DNA from: Tubulanus polymorphus
Taxonomy: Eukaryota; Animalia; Nemertea
Direction: 5' to 3'
DNA: 64,000 nucleotides
Assembly: GCF_964204645.1 (NCBI RefSeq)
Contig: NC_134033.1
Location: 3,554,131-3,618,130, forward strand
Part shown: one piece after another, positions 34,701 to 48,240 of the stretch
How the letters are laid out: each line of letters starts with the position of its first letter
How positions within the stretch are numbered: the first letter of the stretch is position 1
Translations under genes and position numbers: made by a program
The notes under the pieces: generated by a model
What the model was told of the DNA's origin: nothing
Database searches by the model: none
The model's input: only the letters and a program-made list of their open reading frames with translations

Positions 34701-37321
34701 TTTCAGATCATTTCATCGCGTCCCAACGATTTCCCGAATCTGGAATGACGAGTAGACGGTTCCCCGAATCTGGGATAACGGGTAACTCACGTGGGATGCC
34801 TGGCCGTAAAATTCCCGGAAGCGGCGACATCAAAAACAACCAAATGATCAGAGATTACGAAGTGGCATCAGGGAAAATAGATGAACATGGAGATTTAGTT
34901 CGAGTTTGTCCAGCCACAGGTTGTTTGGCAGATTTATGTACTTGCGGACTGTTTAACAACTGTTGTGACCTGATTGGAAAGTGCGTCATGAGAAGCGACG
35001 CGGACGAATTGAGGCGTAACAAAACGATACAACAAGTTCAGTGGACCGACTGTATATACGGAATCGGAATCGAGACGTATCAGTCAAAGGGTTTTATAGC
35101 GATCAGTCGATGCCCGAGTGATTTCGACTTGAATTCAGACGTGCGTCGCTATTGCGAATCGCCGTCCAGTAATCTAGCTACGACGATTCCCGTCTACATC
35201 GACGACTGGCTTCCCTTTAAGAATATGTATTGCGCAATGTGTCACGGGTTCAACGACAGTCAATACAAACCGGCTGGTCTGGTACTGCAGTGCACTAACA
35301 CCACACGAATCGATGACGTCATCACGAGCGTGCACAACAAGTCTTTAAGCGACGATACCGCGAAGGTTCGGCTGCCAGAAGATTGTCGTTTATCCTACGT
35401 GCATCACGGGCAAGTTCGCATGGTATTACAGCCGTGCATGCGCAGTAACCTACCCGTGACGTCACACTACTGCGACGAGTCAGCAGATCAAGACCTTAGA
35501 TCTAAATGCAGACGGGTTTTTAACCCGATATCAGCTGTAGTCGGTGGACGGGTGAAAATATATCGTAATTATTACTGTATGAAATGTGAACTGAGTGACA
35601 GCGCTTTAAACGAATCGACCTTAGTTTGTAACTATGATCAAACCGGCCAAAAAACATTCGGTTTGAACATCTTACTCGATTTCAGTCTCGCGAATGGCGT
35701 TGAATTTCGAACTGCGGGAATGCCCGTCATCTCGTGGGCGACGAAAGAGTTTCTCTGCTCTGAAACGAACGAAATATTCGACCAGGAGACGCGTAGATGT
35801 CGCAGATACGGCTGTTTAAGGGGACACCGACTTCTTGATACCGGCGAAGACAACGCCGTCTGTCGGCTTGTTGAGAACGAATGGCCTAGAATATCCGTAC
35901 GCGTGTATTTCTCTTTCTTTATTTCGTTTAACGAAACTCAGCGATTTGTTATGAAAAACTTCGGGTTTGAATTGATGTATTTCAAAGTGAATGGCTGCGG
36001 CGATGTCGATAAATCAAAGATTATAGAAATAGGAAGTTTATCATCTTTACTCAACGATTCATCATCCTACAGACGCGACTTCACGCTGACCAATCACGGA
36101 GAGTTTCTCGGTGACGTCACTATGGAATCAATCTTGAGCGAATACGAGGCGATGATCACGTGTCAATTCGGTAAAGATGGCAGTCTGGTGACCATTTCCG
36201 GTTACGAGTTGTCGACTACGAGTTTGACTAAGAATACTCGCTGTGACGTCATCGATACAGAGCCAGACGTAGCAAATGATATGACCAAAACTGGAAGTAG
36301 CTTATTTCTAGCCCAGTCCAACCCGTCGTTCAAATATTACAGAATTTTTCAAATTACCAGCGACGACGGGAAAACGCAAATAGTGAAATCTAGTAAATGT
36401 TCCACTAAAATCACCGACTGCGTGCGAGTGTATTCTAGTGAAGGAGTCATGGTTTGCAGACGAGAAAACGATTCAAAATTCAAAATAACGGTCAGTTCGT
36501 TATTTTCCGATCGCGATTTCCTGATTACGTTCACCTGTAGCTGTCTGTCCGTCGTCAGTATCGTGATAACGGTCGTAATCTACTTGAATATTCCCGATCT
36601 GCGAACTCTTCCCGGTAAACTCATCGTCAATCTCTGTATAACTCTCGCCGTGGCTCAAACTCTTCATATTTCCAGCCTGATCGGCGTTGATAATCGATTA
36701 CTTTGCGTGTCGATGGCCGCTGTTAAACACTATATTTGGATGGTTGTATTCGCGTCTATGGCCGCTGTTTCTATCCACATGTTCCTTACATTTTCCACTA
36801 TTCGTAAACTGATCGATTCTCCTAAGACGTTACTGTACTATCTACTATCAGTTTGGTTTTCTCCATTCCTCATTGTCGGACCCTGTATCGTCCTACACAA
36901 CACCGATACCACTCAGTACTCCGGTGCGGTTTACGGAAGCCCCGTTACTTGTTGGTTTAGTTCCAGTTTCTCCCTATTGATGGCGTTCGTTCTACCGATC
37001 GGTATTATCGATCTGGTCAGTATAATTCTATTCGTAGCTACAGTTTACTGCATTCACCGGTCATTTGCCGCGATGTCCACTTCTTCATCTAACGCCAAAC
37101 AGAAGAGAACGACCGCGTTCATTTTCTACCGGATGGCTTTAGTGACCGGGGTCACGTGGGTGGTCGGGTTCGTAGCGTCGTTCGTAAATAACGATTATCT
37201 CTGGTATTTCTTCAATTTGTTGAACTCGTCTCAAGGTTGTCTGGTTTTCTTGGCTTTCATCGTCAACAAACGAGTGTTCGATATGTGTCGAGCGAAATTC
37301 AAACTGGGTCAAACCCCTTAA
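31741..37321 (+). CDS. Methuselah/adhesion-like family-B 7TM receptor, copy A
   Basis: Exon 1 31741-31792 (MSRQSFVNRFLLLIVCT, phase 1) + exon 2 34707-37321. Cys-rich ectodomain (CTCGLFNNCC, FKNMYCAMC, YRNYYCMKC); 7TM with LRTLPGK, HYIW, YGSPVTCW, TGVTW..GF, LNSSQG..VF. Confidence 0.9.
32554..32734. ncRNA. Inverted pair of Penelope-type hammerhead-like motifs (second family)
   Basis: Plus arm AACGC-CTGGCGA-TGATCTC(tagggc)GAGATC-GAAACGTC-GCGTT (one core mismatch); a mirrored, more decayed arm on minus; outer ends GTGTTTTAAAA/TTTTAAAACAC. Confidence 0.6.
33545..33740 (-). pseudogene. Fragment of the CUB/CTL gene exon 2 (about 3270-3465) or of a paralog
   Basis: KSIGSVSCQTGN.N.DDAIIFIQR.SEYTKT..ETKI..NN.VRGLILYSLIN is shared. 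Confidence 0.9.
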
Positions 37322-37463
37322 AGGTTCCAAAACAGCGAGCGAATAAGCGAAAATAATCGAGAATCAGATACAGTAGGTGGGTTTAGGCATAGAACTATAA
37401 GCAAAATGGAAGGCCTACTCCGTGACGTCACTATACATTTGCCTTTGCTAATTTCGAAATTGA

Positions 37464-37574
37464 TCAGCGCCCTCACCGGTGGCGATAAACAATAAAACGC
37501 TAGATTAAGAATAGAGACCAGCAACCAATCTACAACATACATCTATTGTTTATCGTCACCGGTGAGGGCGCTGA
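37464..37574. repeat. Small fold-back element downstream of copy A (also about 45988-46094)
   Basis: TCAGCGCCCTCACCGGTGGCGATAAACAATA / TATTGTTTATCGTCACCGGTGAGGGCGCTGA. Confidence 0.85.
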
Positions 37575-37944
37575 ACAAAACACAATGTTACTAGCGGTGT
37601 CTAGCGGATTTTGATGAGTCGGTCTTCCCTTTCGTTTATACTTCTATGGTTTAGGTCGACTGCGACGTGACGTCATTAACGCCGTGCAACTAGTCGCAAA
37701 CGACTGACGTCACTTGGTTAGTGGGTTGACGGGTCTCTCAGTCGTCGGCAGAAGTTGAGCAGTATATCGCTCGATACAGAGCTTCGAAACAAATTGATAC
37801 AGCGCAGTCGTTTAGTCATTGTGGTCAAATATAGATATATCATAAATAGACGTTAGTCGTTCCCGATAGTAGTGTAATAACCAAATATATATTCATATTG
37901 ATATATAGATGTAGTCAAATAGATATAGTTGTCTTATATATATA

Positions 37945-38311
37945 CAGTCAACCCCGATATACCGCCTACATCGGTGGAGAACGATTTGGTGGTATAGGGA
38001 GTATGGTGGCATATCGGGTGTGTTTTACTATATGTATTTGTATCGAGATGTACATTGAGAAAACCCGGCGGTCGGTGGGGTGGCGGTAAATGGGAGGGGG
38101 TGTATATCAGGGGTTGGCTGTATACAGTAAAAGCCCTTTAAGATGCCTGTGTTGGGACCGATGGATAACATGTCGATATAACGAAATCGTCGTTGAATAT
38201 AATGGTTTTATCATTTGAATGAGATCGGGCAAATGTGTTCTTTGACAAAAATGTTGGCTTTGAGCGAGCAATGGTGATTCAAAATGATGGCATCATAACG
38301 GGCTTTGACTG
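37945..38311. mobile_element. Two adjacent TA-flanked Tc1/mariner-type MITEs (37945-38120, 38125-38311); repeated in the second gene copy
   Basis: TA|CAGTCAACCCCGATATA..TATATCAGGGGTTGGCTG|TA and TA|CAGTAAAAGCCC..GGGCTTTGACTG|TA. Confidence 0.7.
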
Positions 38312-38522
38312 TAGTAGACCTGGTTAGAAGTCTTATAGTCAAATATAGATATATTCATATTCATACATAGATATAGTCAAGTAGATATAGTAGTCCGCGG
38401 TAGTAGTCCGATGTGTTCATATGTAGTCATATACTGTGGATATGGTAGCATTATAAACTATATTAACTGTGTTCATTATTGAAATAGACATTAATCATCA
38501 AATGAATGAATTCCATTAGCAC

Positions 38523-38645
38523 GCAAGCTGCCCGTATCCGCCCTGCCTATAACTCCGCAAGCTGCCCGTATCCGCCCTGCCTATAACTCCGCAAGCTGCC
38601 CGTATCCGCCCTGCCTTAAACTCCTCAAGCCGCCCGAATCCACCT
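38523..38645. repeat. 34-bp GC-rich tandem repeat
   Basis: GCAAGCTGCCCGTATCCGCCCTGCCTATAACTCC; one fewer unit at about 47041-47130. Confidence 0.9.
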
Positions 38646-41039
38646 TGACACTTTTTTTCGTACGCCGCACAAAAACGGTTACAGTCGGATTCGAACCCAA
38701 TAGCTTATGGTGAACTGGACATGAAAGCCTTGACTATTTACTACAAAATAACGTGAAGTTGTAATGCATAACAATAAACAGCAAATGAGCTATAATTCTG
38801 TATCGTGATTAACTTCGATTTTGCCTTGAATTTTCCGAGGAGTAATTGACACTACATAGCGAAAGTCCATTCCACGGTGGGTTTTTCCATTCTAAATAGA
38901 TATTAGTAACATTTCATTCATATGCGTATCGTATACACAATCGCCCTTTACCCCCCTCCCCCCAATCTTAACAGATCTGTACGCATTTGAAATAAACCCC
39001 ACCCGCCATTTTGTGTGTTCACGTATAGAATGACCCCATATATCTATGTGTATCGAAAGATATTTGTTGAAATAATAAACTTTGTTTTTTGTTGTACAAT
39101 TTTTCTTGTTGATATTTTCGAACCGTCCTCTAATCCTGTAGGATACTCGTGAAATTGATTTAGATTTCTCATATATGAAGACATCCGAATCGCCGCCAAA
39201 ACAATGCGTACTTTTAGTGAAAGTAAGACCAGGAGCGGTCGACGTTAGTCCCAAGTATATGAAAACGAAATACGAAAATACGAAAGTACAGGTGTTGCAG
39301 GTGTAGTAGAAATATCTATAAATAGGAATTTAGAGAAAAAAAGCATTGAATGAAATTTACATTCACATTTTCACAAAAAGGACATGGCCAAACAAGAAGG
39401 AAATGGAGCTTTCTGTGAGGACGAAGCGAAGCCTTGTGGCCGCTGTCGCAAGCACCAACGCATTTCATGGAGTCAGCCATTTGTGGAAATACAGCTACCG
39501 TGCTCAATCCCGTTGTCCATTTTTCCGGACAATAGTTTCGACTAAATGACATTCGGTTTCGCTTCGGTTTATCAACCGAAGTTCATCCTTTTAGGTAGCA
39601 CCCTCGCTTGCCAGGGTTTCCATCGGTGTGAGAGCTCTGGCGGGTGGGGAGGCAACTCTGGCAAGCGTGGATGGCAAGGATCGGGGTGGAAGAAGTGACT
39701 CGGCCATTTTTCGCTATATCGCAAAAATGACCTCGCTCGGAAAGTTGAACGTCAAAAACGCACAAATCGCATGGAAAAGCACATTTCGGCCTTGAAGTGT
39801 CGTTCAGGGCGAGAAATCATTTCTCGACAATTTTCCGCTATATCGGAAAAATGATGAGGTTGATAATCAAAGACGCTGAAAACGCCAGGAAAAGCACATT
39901 TCGGGCCGGAAGCGTCGTTCAGCGCAAGAAAACGCTATATCGCACACAAGTGCTTTCCGTTCTTTATATCCACTACGACGCATTATGCTTGGTTGCCCTG
40001 TAGTAGATCGAGGACCTTTATCAACGCACTTGGTTTTTATTATCATTAAATAGTTTAAAACACGCTACAATGTCGTTACAAATTCTCAATTCAAAGCGTG
40101 TTTGATTCCCGGTCATCATCCACAATGTTTCCGGTGCAAGTCCTGCATAATTTAAGCAGTGACTTTATATACGAGTACTCGTTTAGACAATTGCTTAAGG
40201 AAACACTTTTTTGTTGATAAAAGTTTATATTTTCATTCAGATGCTACGATGTATTGCCTGATAAATTAGTAAATGTTTGTTCCCCCGCCGGACTTGAACA
40301 CATCAAGAACAAACCAAGATCATTTGATCTAAATCGGTGTTCAAACTCGTTTGAAAGAAGTGGTTTAGGGATAAGAATTGATCTTTTAAAATGGAGCAAA
40401 AACAAGCCAATTGGGCACTTACTGACTTGGCGGTAATATCGTAGGATTGTATCCAGGTGCTTGTATCTTCGTGTTGACAATAAGTTGACTGGGAATTTTT
40501 ATTCAAGAATATTTTGTACTGGTATGCGGTTTTGTAATGTCTAGTTCATATTGACGAATGGCGTGTCTGAAGAGAAACGAAATTGTAAGTTTAAATTGTG
40601 AATATATGTAACCATATTGCTGAGAAATTAATTGCCGAGATATGAAATGTGTTTCTATTTTGTTACAGCTAATTATCATGATAAGATTTGAAACTTTGAA
40701 TACTCCGACTAAAACAACTGCAGTTTCACGATCTCCGGAAAAGGATTTTCCATGGACTCATGGCGGGGTACGACGACGTCAAATACAATGACACGTAATC
40801 CAAGATCCAAATCGCCAGCAGCTTTTTGTTCTTCGGTAAGTAACCGTCGGAATAATCGAGCTATTTCTCAAATCTTTTATTAACAGCCCCACCGATTATA
40901 CAATTCTGAATTTAAACCTGTATGCTTCCCGCGTAATGTCGTAACTGTCGATTGTAACGACGAAGTTTACTCATCAACTAGTTCATTAATGGAGTCCTTG
41001 TTATGAGCTACATTTATGGCATTATTTAGTAAAAATATT

Positions 41040-41142
41040 GTGGTGGTGGTGCTGCTGCTGCTGCCGCTGCCGCTGCCGCTGCCTCTGTCGCTGCTTCCGC
41101 CGCTGCTGCCGCCGCTGCTGCCGCCGCTGCTGCCACTGCTGG
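41040..41142. repeat. (GCT/GCC)n trinucleotide tract
   Basis: Directly visible. Confidence 0.9.
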
Positions 41143-41668
41143 TCATCGTGTGACCCCAGATATTGCTTGAAGTTCGACTTATTTTCCAAATTCATTTTCA
41201 GACTCATTTTCTCAAGGTCCGAAAATGACTCTGATCATATTAAAGCCCGAAAGTACATAATTAATAACACTTTTACCTTTCGGCTGGCGGAAAGTGTATT
41301 TGCCACATTTTTTGTCGTCGTGAGATCTGCCTTTTAGTATTAGTAAATCAAAACCCATACAAATATTCATGAGGTTTCGCACTGCTTAATTAGCTCTTAC
41401 TATTGAATCTTGTGAAATTCTATCCGGATTAATGTTACACCTGTCAAGTATGTTCATATAGATGAGAATTGAGCGCATTTCAACGTTTGTGTATAAAAGC
41501 TAATTAAAATCACACACGTCCATTGAAACTACCAACCGTTTTTGATTCACGCAATCAGCTTCTTGTTTCATCCAAACACGATCAATCTAACTTTTATTAA
41601 GTTGGGAATCGTTCAGCTCAATTTCATTTACGATTCGCAGTCGAGTCTTTTCTGTGCATCGGTTTGAG

Positions 41669-44600
41669 ATGTGGCGCCAATCCTTCGTAAGTCGATTTCT
41701 TCTTCTGATCGTCTGCAGCGGTAAGTTGAATTAAACTATTCGTTAATTTCAATTCATTTCATAAGAAAGTACGTTAAGAATGTTTACAAATAGAACAAAA
41801 ATAAAATTGAGAACGTTTTTTACTACGGTCAAGCAAAGGCCAAAGGCAACGCACCCTTGAAAGGAAATTATGGGAGAAACAAGAATAATCGAAAACATAT
41901 TTTTTGCTCTCTTGGCAATCTCTTGTTCTTTCTTTCTTAGTCTCTTGCTCTTTGTTCATTTTTATAGAAGCCTCGATACTAGCAGCGTGGTTATCATGGT
42001 TGTAGATATTCGAGTCTATTTTAAGTCTGGATTGTAGTTATTTCACCCACAATCTCACTTTCGAAGAATTCTCTGAATATGGGTGGAAGTAATATCCTGC
42101 CGAAACGTCAGAACAAAATAATAACAAATGTTGTTTTTTTTATTTACGTAGACGAAATAACTATATTTAGCAGCTTTTCACACTGAACTATTCAGAGCAC
42201 ATGTCCACTGTTGTTAGATAGAGTTAGCTTAGAGTTATAATCAGTTCAATTTCAATGTTTTAACTTAAGAGTCGAATTAATTTTAGAACTCTGGAACTGG
42301 ATACAGAACATTCGTTTGGAGATTTATTCCGTGATCAAATAGAACGGACCAAGCGTTCACACAATTCTTAACGAAGATCAAATAAGATCCGTTCTAAAAT
42401 TTCGAATTGGTCATTTCTCATTGTGTAAATTATAGGAATGGCTTGTCGGTTGGTCTAATTCAATAATCATTTTGTATCTTACAGGGAAATGTTAAACATC
42501 CAAAGATTTATATATTGTATTCTCTCATGATAATACGAGTACAAACTCTTTTAAACCGTCCGTAAAGAAAAGACGTATGGTCAATTTCGGATTCGTATAA
42601 GCCTTTTTGATAACTGGAATAAATATTCTTTAACGCACAATGGAAGATTTATAAATGGGAGGGAAGAAGGGAAAATAGTTTCCTAAAAGATTGTTTATTA
42701 GAGGCGAAAAGAAATGAAACAGGGGAAAATATAAATAATACATAAATTTTTTTCCAAAATTGAAAAATATAAGGCAGTAAATATGTTGTTGAATTGACTT
42801 GAAATGATTGCAGAAATCAAGGAACCTAACTTTGAAGCTAGGGCTGCAAATCCTTAGATTGAAACTTATGAGGGAAAAATTTTTTTTCATGTTGAAAAAT
42901 TAAGTGAAGATGAAGAGAAAAATAGAAAAAAAATCCCAGTAACTAAAGAAGCCTGATTATTACGTGCGGTTCATGCCATTCAACATGTCGTCATTTGGGA
43001 GCACGCGGTTACAAGAAATTGTAATTTCATCGAATTTTTAGTTAGATTTTGCAAATTTGCCCGAAATTTGTTTGCACTGAATGGCGTCATATTGGACTTT
43101 ATCTGTGCATAAATTGCGTTTGAGCTACAGTTTAGGATCATTTATTGACGAGGGTATATAGTTGGCAGGGAGAAAACTGGAGTTCGTTATATGTTTATAT
43201 GTTATATGAAAGGTAACTATAGCCCGATTATTTCAGATCGTTTCATCGCGTCTCAACGTTTTCCCGAATCTGGAATGTCGAATCCTGAATCTGGGATAAC
43301 GGGTATCACACGTGGGATGCCTGACCGTAAAAATCCCGGAAGGAGTGATTTCAAAAACAACCAACTGATCGAAGCTTACAGAGTGGCATCAGAGGGAATA
43401 GACACGGATGGTGATTTGGTTCGGGTTTGTCCAGCCGCGGGTTGTTCGACTAATTCATGTACTTGCGGATTGTTTAACAATTGTTGCAACCTGATTGGAA
43501 AGTGCGACGCGACAAGCGACGCGGGAGAACTAATGCGAAACAAAACGATGCGACTAGTTCAGCAATGGACCGACTGTATATACGGAATCGGAATCGAGAC
43601 GTATCAGTCAAAGGGTTTTATAGCGATCAGTCGGTGCCCGAGTGATTTCGACTTGAATTCAGACGTGAAACGCTATTGCGAATCGCCGTCCAGTAATCTA
43701 GCTACGACGATTCCTGTCTACATCGACGACTGGCTTCCCTTTAAGAATATGTATTGCGCGATGTGTCACGGGTTCAACGATACTCAATACAAACCGGCTA
43801 GTCTCGTCCTGCAGTGCACTAACACCACACGAATCGATGACGTCATCACGAGCGTGCGCAACAAGTCTTTAAGCGACGATACCGCGAAAGTTCGGCTGCC
43901 AGAAGATTGTCGTTTATCCTACGAGCATCAGAGGATAGTTCGAATGGTATTACAGCCGTGCATGCGCAGTAACCTACAAGTGACGTCACACTGCGCCGAG
44001 TCAGCAGATCAAAACCTAAGGTCTAAATGCAGACGGGTTTTTAACCCGATATCAGCTGTAGTCGGTGGACGGGTGAAAATATATCGTAATTATTACTGCA
44101 TGAAATGTGAACTGAGTGACAGCGTTTTAAACGAATCGACCTTAGTTTGTAACTATGATGATCTAACCGGCCAAAAAACATTCGGTTTGAACATCTTACT
44201 CGATTTCAGTCTCGCGAATGGCGTTGAATTTCGAACTGCGGGAATGCCCGTCATCTCGTGGGCGCCGAAAGAGTTTCTCTGCTCGGAAACGAACGAAATA
44301 TTCGACCAGGAGACGCGTAGATGTCGCAGATACGGCTGTTTACGGGGACACCGACTTCTTGATACCGGCGAAGACAACACCGTCTGTCGGCTTGTTGAGA
44401 ACGAATGGCCTAGAATATCCGTACGCGTGTATTTCTCTTTCTTTATTTCGTTTAACGAAACTCAGCGATTTGTTATGAAAAACTTCGGGTTTGAATTGAT
44501 GTATTTCAAAGTGAACGGCTGCGGCGATGTCCATAAATCAAAGATTACAGAAATAGGAAGTTTATCATCTTTACTCAACGATTCATCATCCTACAGACGC

Positions 44601-45845
44601 GACTTCACGCTGACCAATCACGAAGAGTTTCTCGGTGACGTCACTATGGAATCAATCTTGAGCGAATACGAGGCGATGATCACGTGTCAATTCGGTAAAG
44701 ATGGCAGTCTGGTGACCATTTCCGGTTACGAGTTGTCGACTACGAGTTTGACTAAGAATACTCGCTGTGACGTCATCGATACAGAGCCAGACGTAGCAAA
44801 TGATATGACCAAAACTGGAAGTAGCTTATTTCTAGCCCAGTCCAACCCGTCGTTCAAATATTACAGAATTTTTCAAATTACCAGCGACGACGGGAAAACG
44901 CAAATAGTAAAATCTAGTAAATGTTCCACTAAAATCACCGACTGCGTGCGAGTGTATTCTAGTGAAGGAGTCATGGTTTGCAGACGAGAAAACGATTCAA
45001 AATTCAAAATAACGGTCAGTTCGTTATTTTCCGATCGCGATTTCCTGATTACGTTCACCTGTAGCTGTCTGTCCGTCGTCAGCCTCGTGATAACGGTCGT
45101 AATCTACTTGAATATTCCCGATCTGCGAACTCTTCCCGGTAAACTCATCATCAATCTCTGTATAACTCTCGCCGTGGCTCAAACTCTTCATATTTCCAGC
45201 CTGATCGGCGTTGATAATCGATTACTTTGCGTGTCGATGGCCGCTGTTAAACACTATATTTGGATGGTTGTTTTCGCGTCTATGGCCGCTGTTTCTATCC
45301 ACATGTTCCTTACATTTTCCACTATTCGTAAACTGGTCGATTCTCCTAAGATGTTACTGTACTATCTACTATCAGTTTGGCTTTCTCCATTCCTCATTGT
45401 CGGACCCTGTATCGTCCTACACAACACCGATACCACTCAGTACTCCGGTGCGGTTTACGGAAGCCCCGTTACTTGTTGGTTTAGTTCCAGTTTCTCCCTA
45501 TTGATGGCGTTCGTTCTACCGATCGGTATTATCGATCTGGTCAGTATGATTCTATTCGTAGCTACAGTTTACTGCATTCACCGGTCATTCGCCGCGATGT
45601 CCACTTCTTCATCTAACGCCAAACAGAAGAGAACGACCGCGTTCATTTTCTACCGGATGGCTTTAGTGACCGGGGTCACGTGGGTGGTCGGGTTCGTAGC
45701 GTCGTTCGTAAATAACGAATATCTTTGGTATTTCTTCAATTTGTTGAACTCGTCTCAAGGTTGTCTGGTTTTCTTGGCTTTTATCGTCAACAAACGAGTG
45801 TTCGATATGTGCCGAGCGAAGTTCAAACTGCGTCAAACCCCTTAA
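41669..45845 (+). CDS. Methuselah/adhesion-like family-B 7TM receptor, copy B
   Basis: Exon 1 41669-41720 (MWRQSFVSRFLLLIVCS, phase 1, GTAAGT) + exon 2 43237-45845; near-identical to copy A after the first about 110 codons of exon 2. Confidence 0.9.
42069..42113 (+). ncRNA. Degenerate Penelope-type hammerhead motif
   Basis: TTCT-CTGAATA-(imperfect stem II)-GAAACGTC-AGAA. Confidence 0.45.
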
Positions 45846-48240
45846 AGGTTCCAAGACAGCGAGCGAATAAGCGAAAATAATCGAGAATCAGATACAGTAG
45901 GTGGGTTTAGGCGTAGAACTATAAGCGAAAGGGAAGGCCAACTCCGTGACGTCACTATACATTTGCCTTTGCTAATTTCGAAATTGATCAGCGCCCTCAC
46001 CGGTGGCGATAAACAATAAAACGCTAGATTAAGAATAGAGACCGGCAACCAATCTACAACATCTATTGTTTATCGTCACCGGTGAGGGCGCTGAACAAAA
46101 CACAATGTTACTAGCGGTGCCTAGCGGATTTTGATGAGTCGGTCTTCCCTTTCGTTTATACTTCTATGGTTTAGGTCGACTGCGACGTGACGTCATTAAC
46201 GCCGTGCAACTAGTCGCAAACGACTGACGTCACTTGGTTAGTGGGTTGACGGGTCTCAGTCGTCGGCAGAAGTTGAGCAGTATATCGCTCGATACAGAGC
46301 TTCGAAACAAATTGATACAGCGCAGTCGTTTAGTCATTGTGGTCAAATATAGATATATCATAAATAGACGTTAGTCGTTCCCGATAGTAGTGTAATAACC
46401 AAATATATATTCATATTGATATATAGATGTAGTCAAATAGATATAGTTGTCTTATATATATACAGTCAACCCCGATATACCGCCTACATCGGTGGAGAAC
46501 GATTTGGTGGTATAGGGAGTATGGTGGCATATCGGGTGTGTTTTACTATATGTATTTGTATCGAGATGTGTATTGAGAAAACCCGGCGGTCGGTGGGGTG
46601 GCGGTAAATGGGAGGGGGTGTATATCTGGGGTTGACTGTATACAGTAAAAGCCCTTTAAGGTGCCTGTGTTGGGACCGATGGATAACATGTCGATATAAC
46701 GAAATCGTCGTTGAATATAATGGTTTTTTTCATTTGAATGAGATCGGGCAAATGTGTTCTTTGACAAAAATGTTGGCTTTGAGCGAGCAATGGTGATTCA
46801 AAATGATGGCATCATAACGGGCTTTGACTGTAGTAGACCTGGGTAGAAGTCTTATAGTCAAATATAGATATATTCATATTCATACATAGATATAGTCAAG
46901 TTGATACAGTAGTCCGCGGTAGTAGTCCGATGTGTTCATATGTAGTCATATACTGTGGATATGGTAGCATTATAAACTATATTAACTGTGTTCATTATTG
47001 AAATAGACATTAATCATCAAATGAATGAATTCCATTAGCACGCAAGCTGCCCGTATCCGCCCTGCCTATTACTCCGCAAGCTGCCCGTATCCGCCCTGGC
47101 TTAAACTCCTCAAGCCGCCCGAATCCACCTTGACACTTTTTTTCGTACGCCGCACAAAAACGGTTACAGTCGGATTCGAACCCAATAGCTTATGGTAAAC
47201 TGGAAATGAAAGCCTTGACTATTTACTACAAAATAACGTGAAGTTGTAATGCATAACAATAAACAGCGAATGAGCTTTAATTCTGTATCGTGATTAACTT
47301 CGATTTTGCCTTGAATTTTCCGAGGAGTAATTGACACTACATAGCGAAAGTCCATTCCACGGTGGGTTTTTCCATTCTAAATAGATATTAGTAACATTTC
47401 ATTCATATGCGTATCGTATACATAATCGCCCTTTACCCCCCTCCCCCCAATCTTAACAGATCTGTACGCATTTGAAATAAACCCAACCCGCCCTTTCGTG
47501 TGCACATATAGAATGACCCCATACATCTATGTGTATCGAAAGATATTTGTTGAAATAATAAACATTGTTTTTTGTTGTACAATTTTTCTTGTTGATATTT
47601 TCGAACCGTCCTCTAATCCTGTAAGGATACTCGTGAAATTTATTTAGATTTCTCATCTATGAAGACATCCGAATCGCCGCCAAAACAATGCGTACTTTTA
47701 GTGAAAGTAAGACCAAGAGCGGTCGACGTTAGACCCAAGACTGAGTTTCTCTAAGCCCTGTGTCGATGACGTCAAATGAAATATGAAAACGAAAGTTGAG
47801 GTGTTGCAGGTGTAGTAGAAATATCTATAGATAGGAATTTAGAGAGGAAAGCATTGAATGAAATTTACATTTACATTTTCACAAAAAGGACATGGCCAAA
47901 CGAGAAGAAAATGGAGCTTTCTGTGAGGACAATGCAAAGCCTTGTGGCCGCTGTCGCAAGCACCAGCGGCAAACTTCGGTTTTAGCGGTCGAAGCTTATA
48001 ACCTAACGAACTATACGTAGTTCGACCTCAACGCATTTCATAGAGTCAGCCCATCTTTTGGGAACTACAGGTCCCAACTACCGACCTCAATCCCGTGGTC
48101 CATTTTGACATTCGGTTTCACTTTCACTTCGGTTTATCAACCGAAGTTCATCCTATTAAGAAGCACCCTCGCTCGCCAGGGTTTCCATTGGTGTGAGAGC
48201 TCTGGCGGGTGGGGAGGTAACTCTGGCAAGCGAGGATGGC
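43565..48240 (+). repeat. Near-identical duplicate of about 35040-39680
   Basis: Coding and 3' flank (MITEs, minisatellite) are colinear; identity drops after about 47740. Confidence 0.92.

Noticed and set aside
34664-34706. ORF-track starts at 34664 and 43191 for the family-B GPCRs
   Set aside because: These lie in intron sequence; conserved signal-peptide exons at 31741 and 41669 splice in phase.
38892-39254. 120-aa minus-strand ORF
   Set aside because: Frameshifted in the duplicate (about 47453-47740) and similar to a dispersed repeat at about 23480-23760.
41038-41337. Cys/Arg-rich ORF resembling metallothionein or protamine
   Set aside because: Produced by a GCT/GCC trinucleotide tract; starts at TTG, no supporting gene structure.
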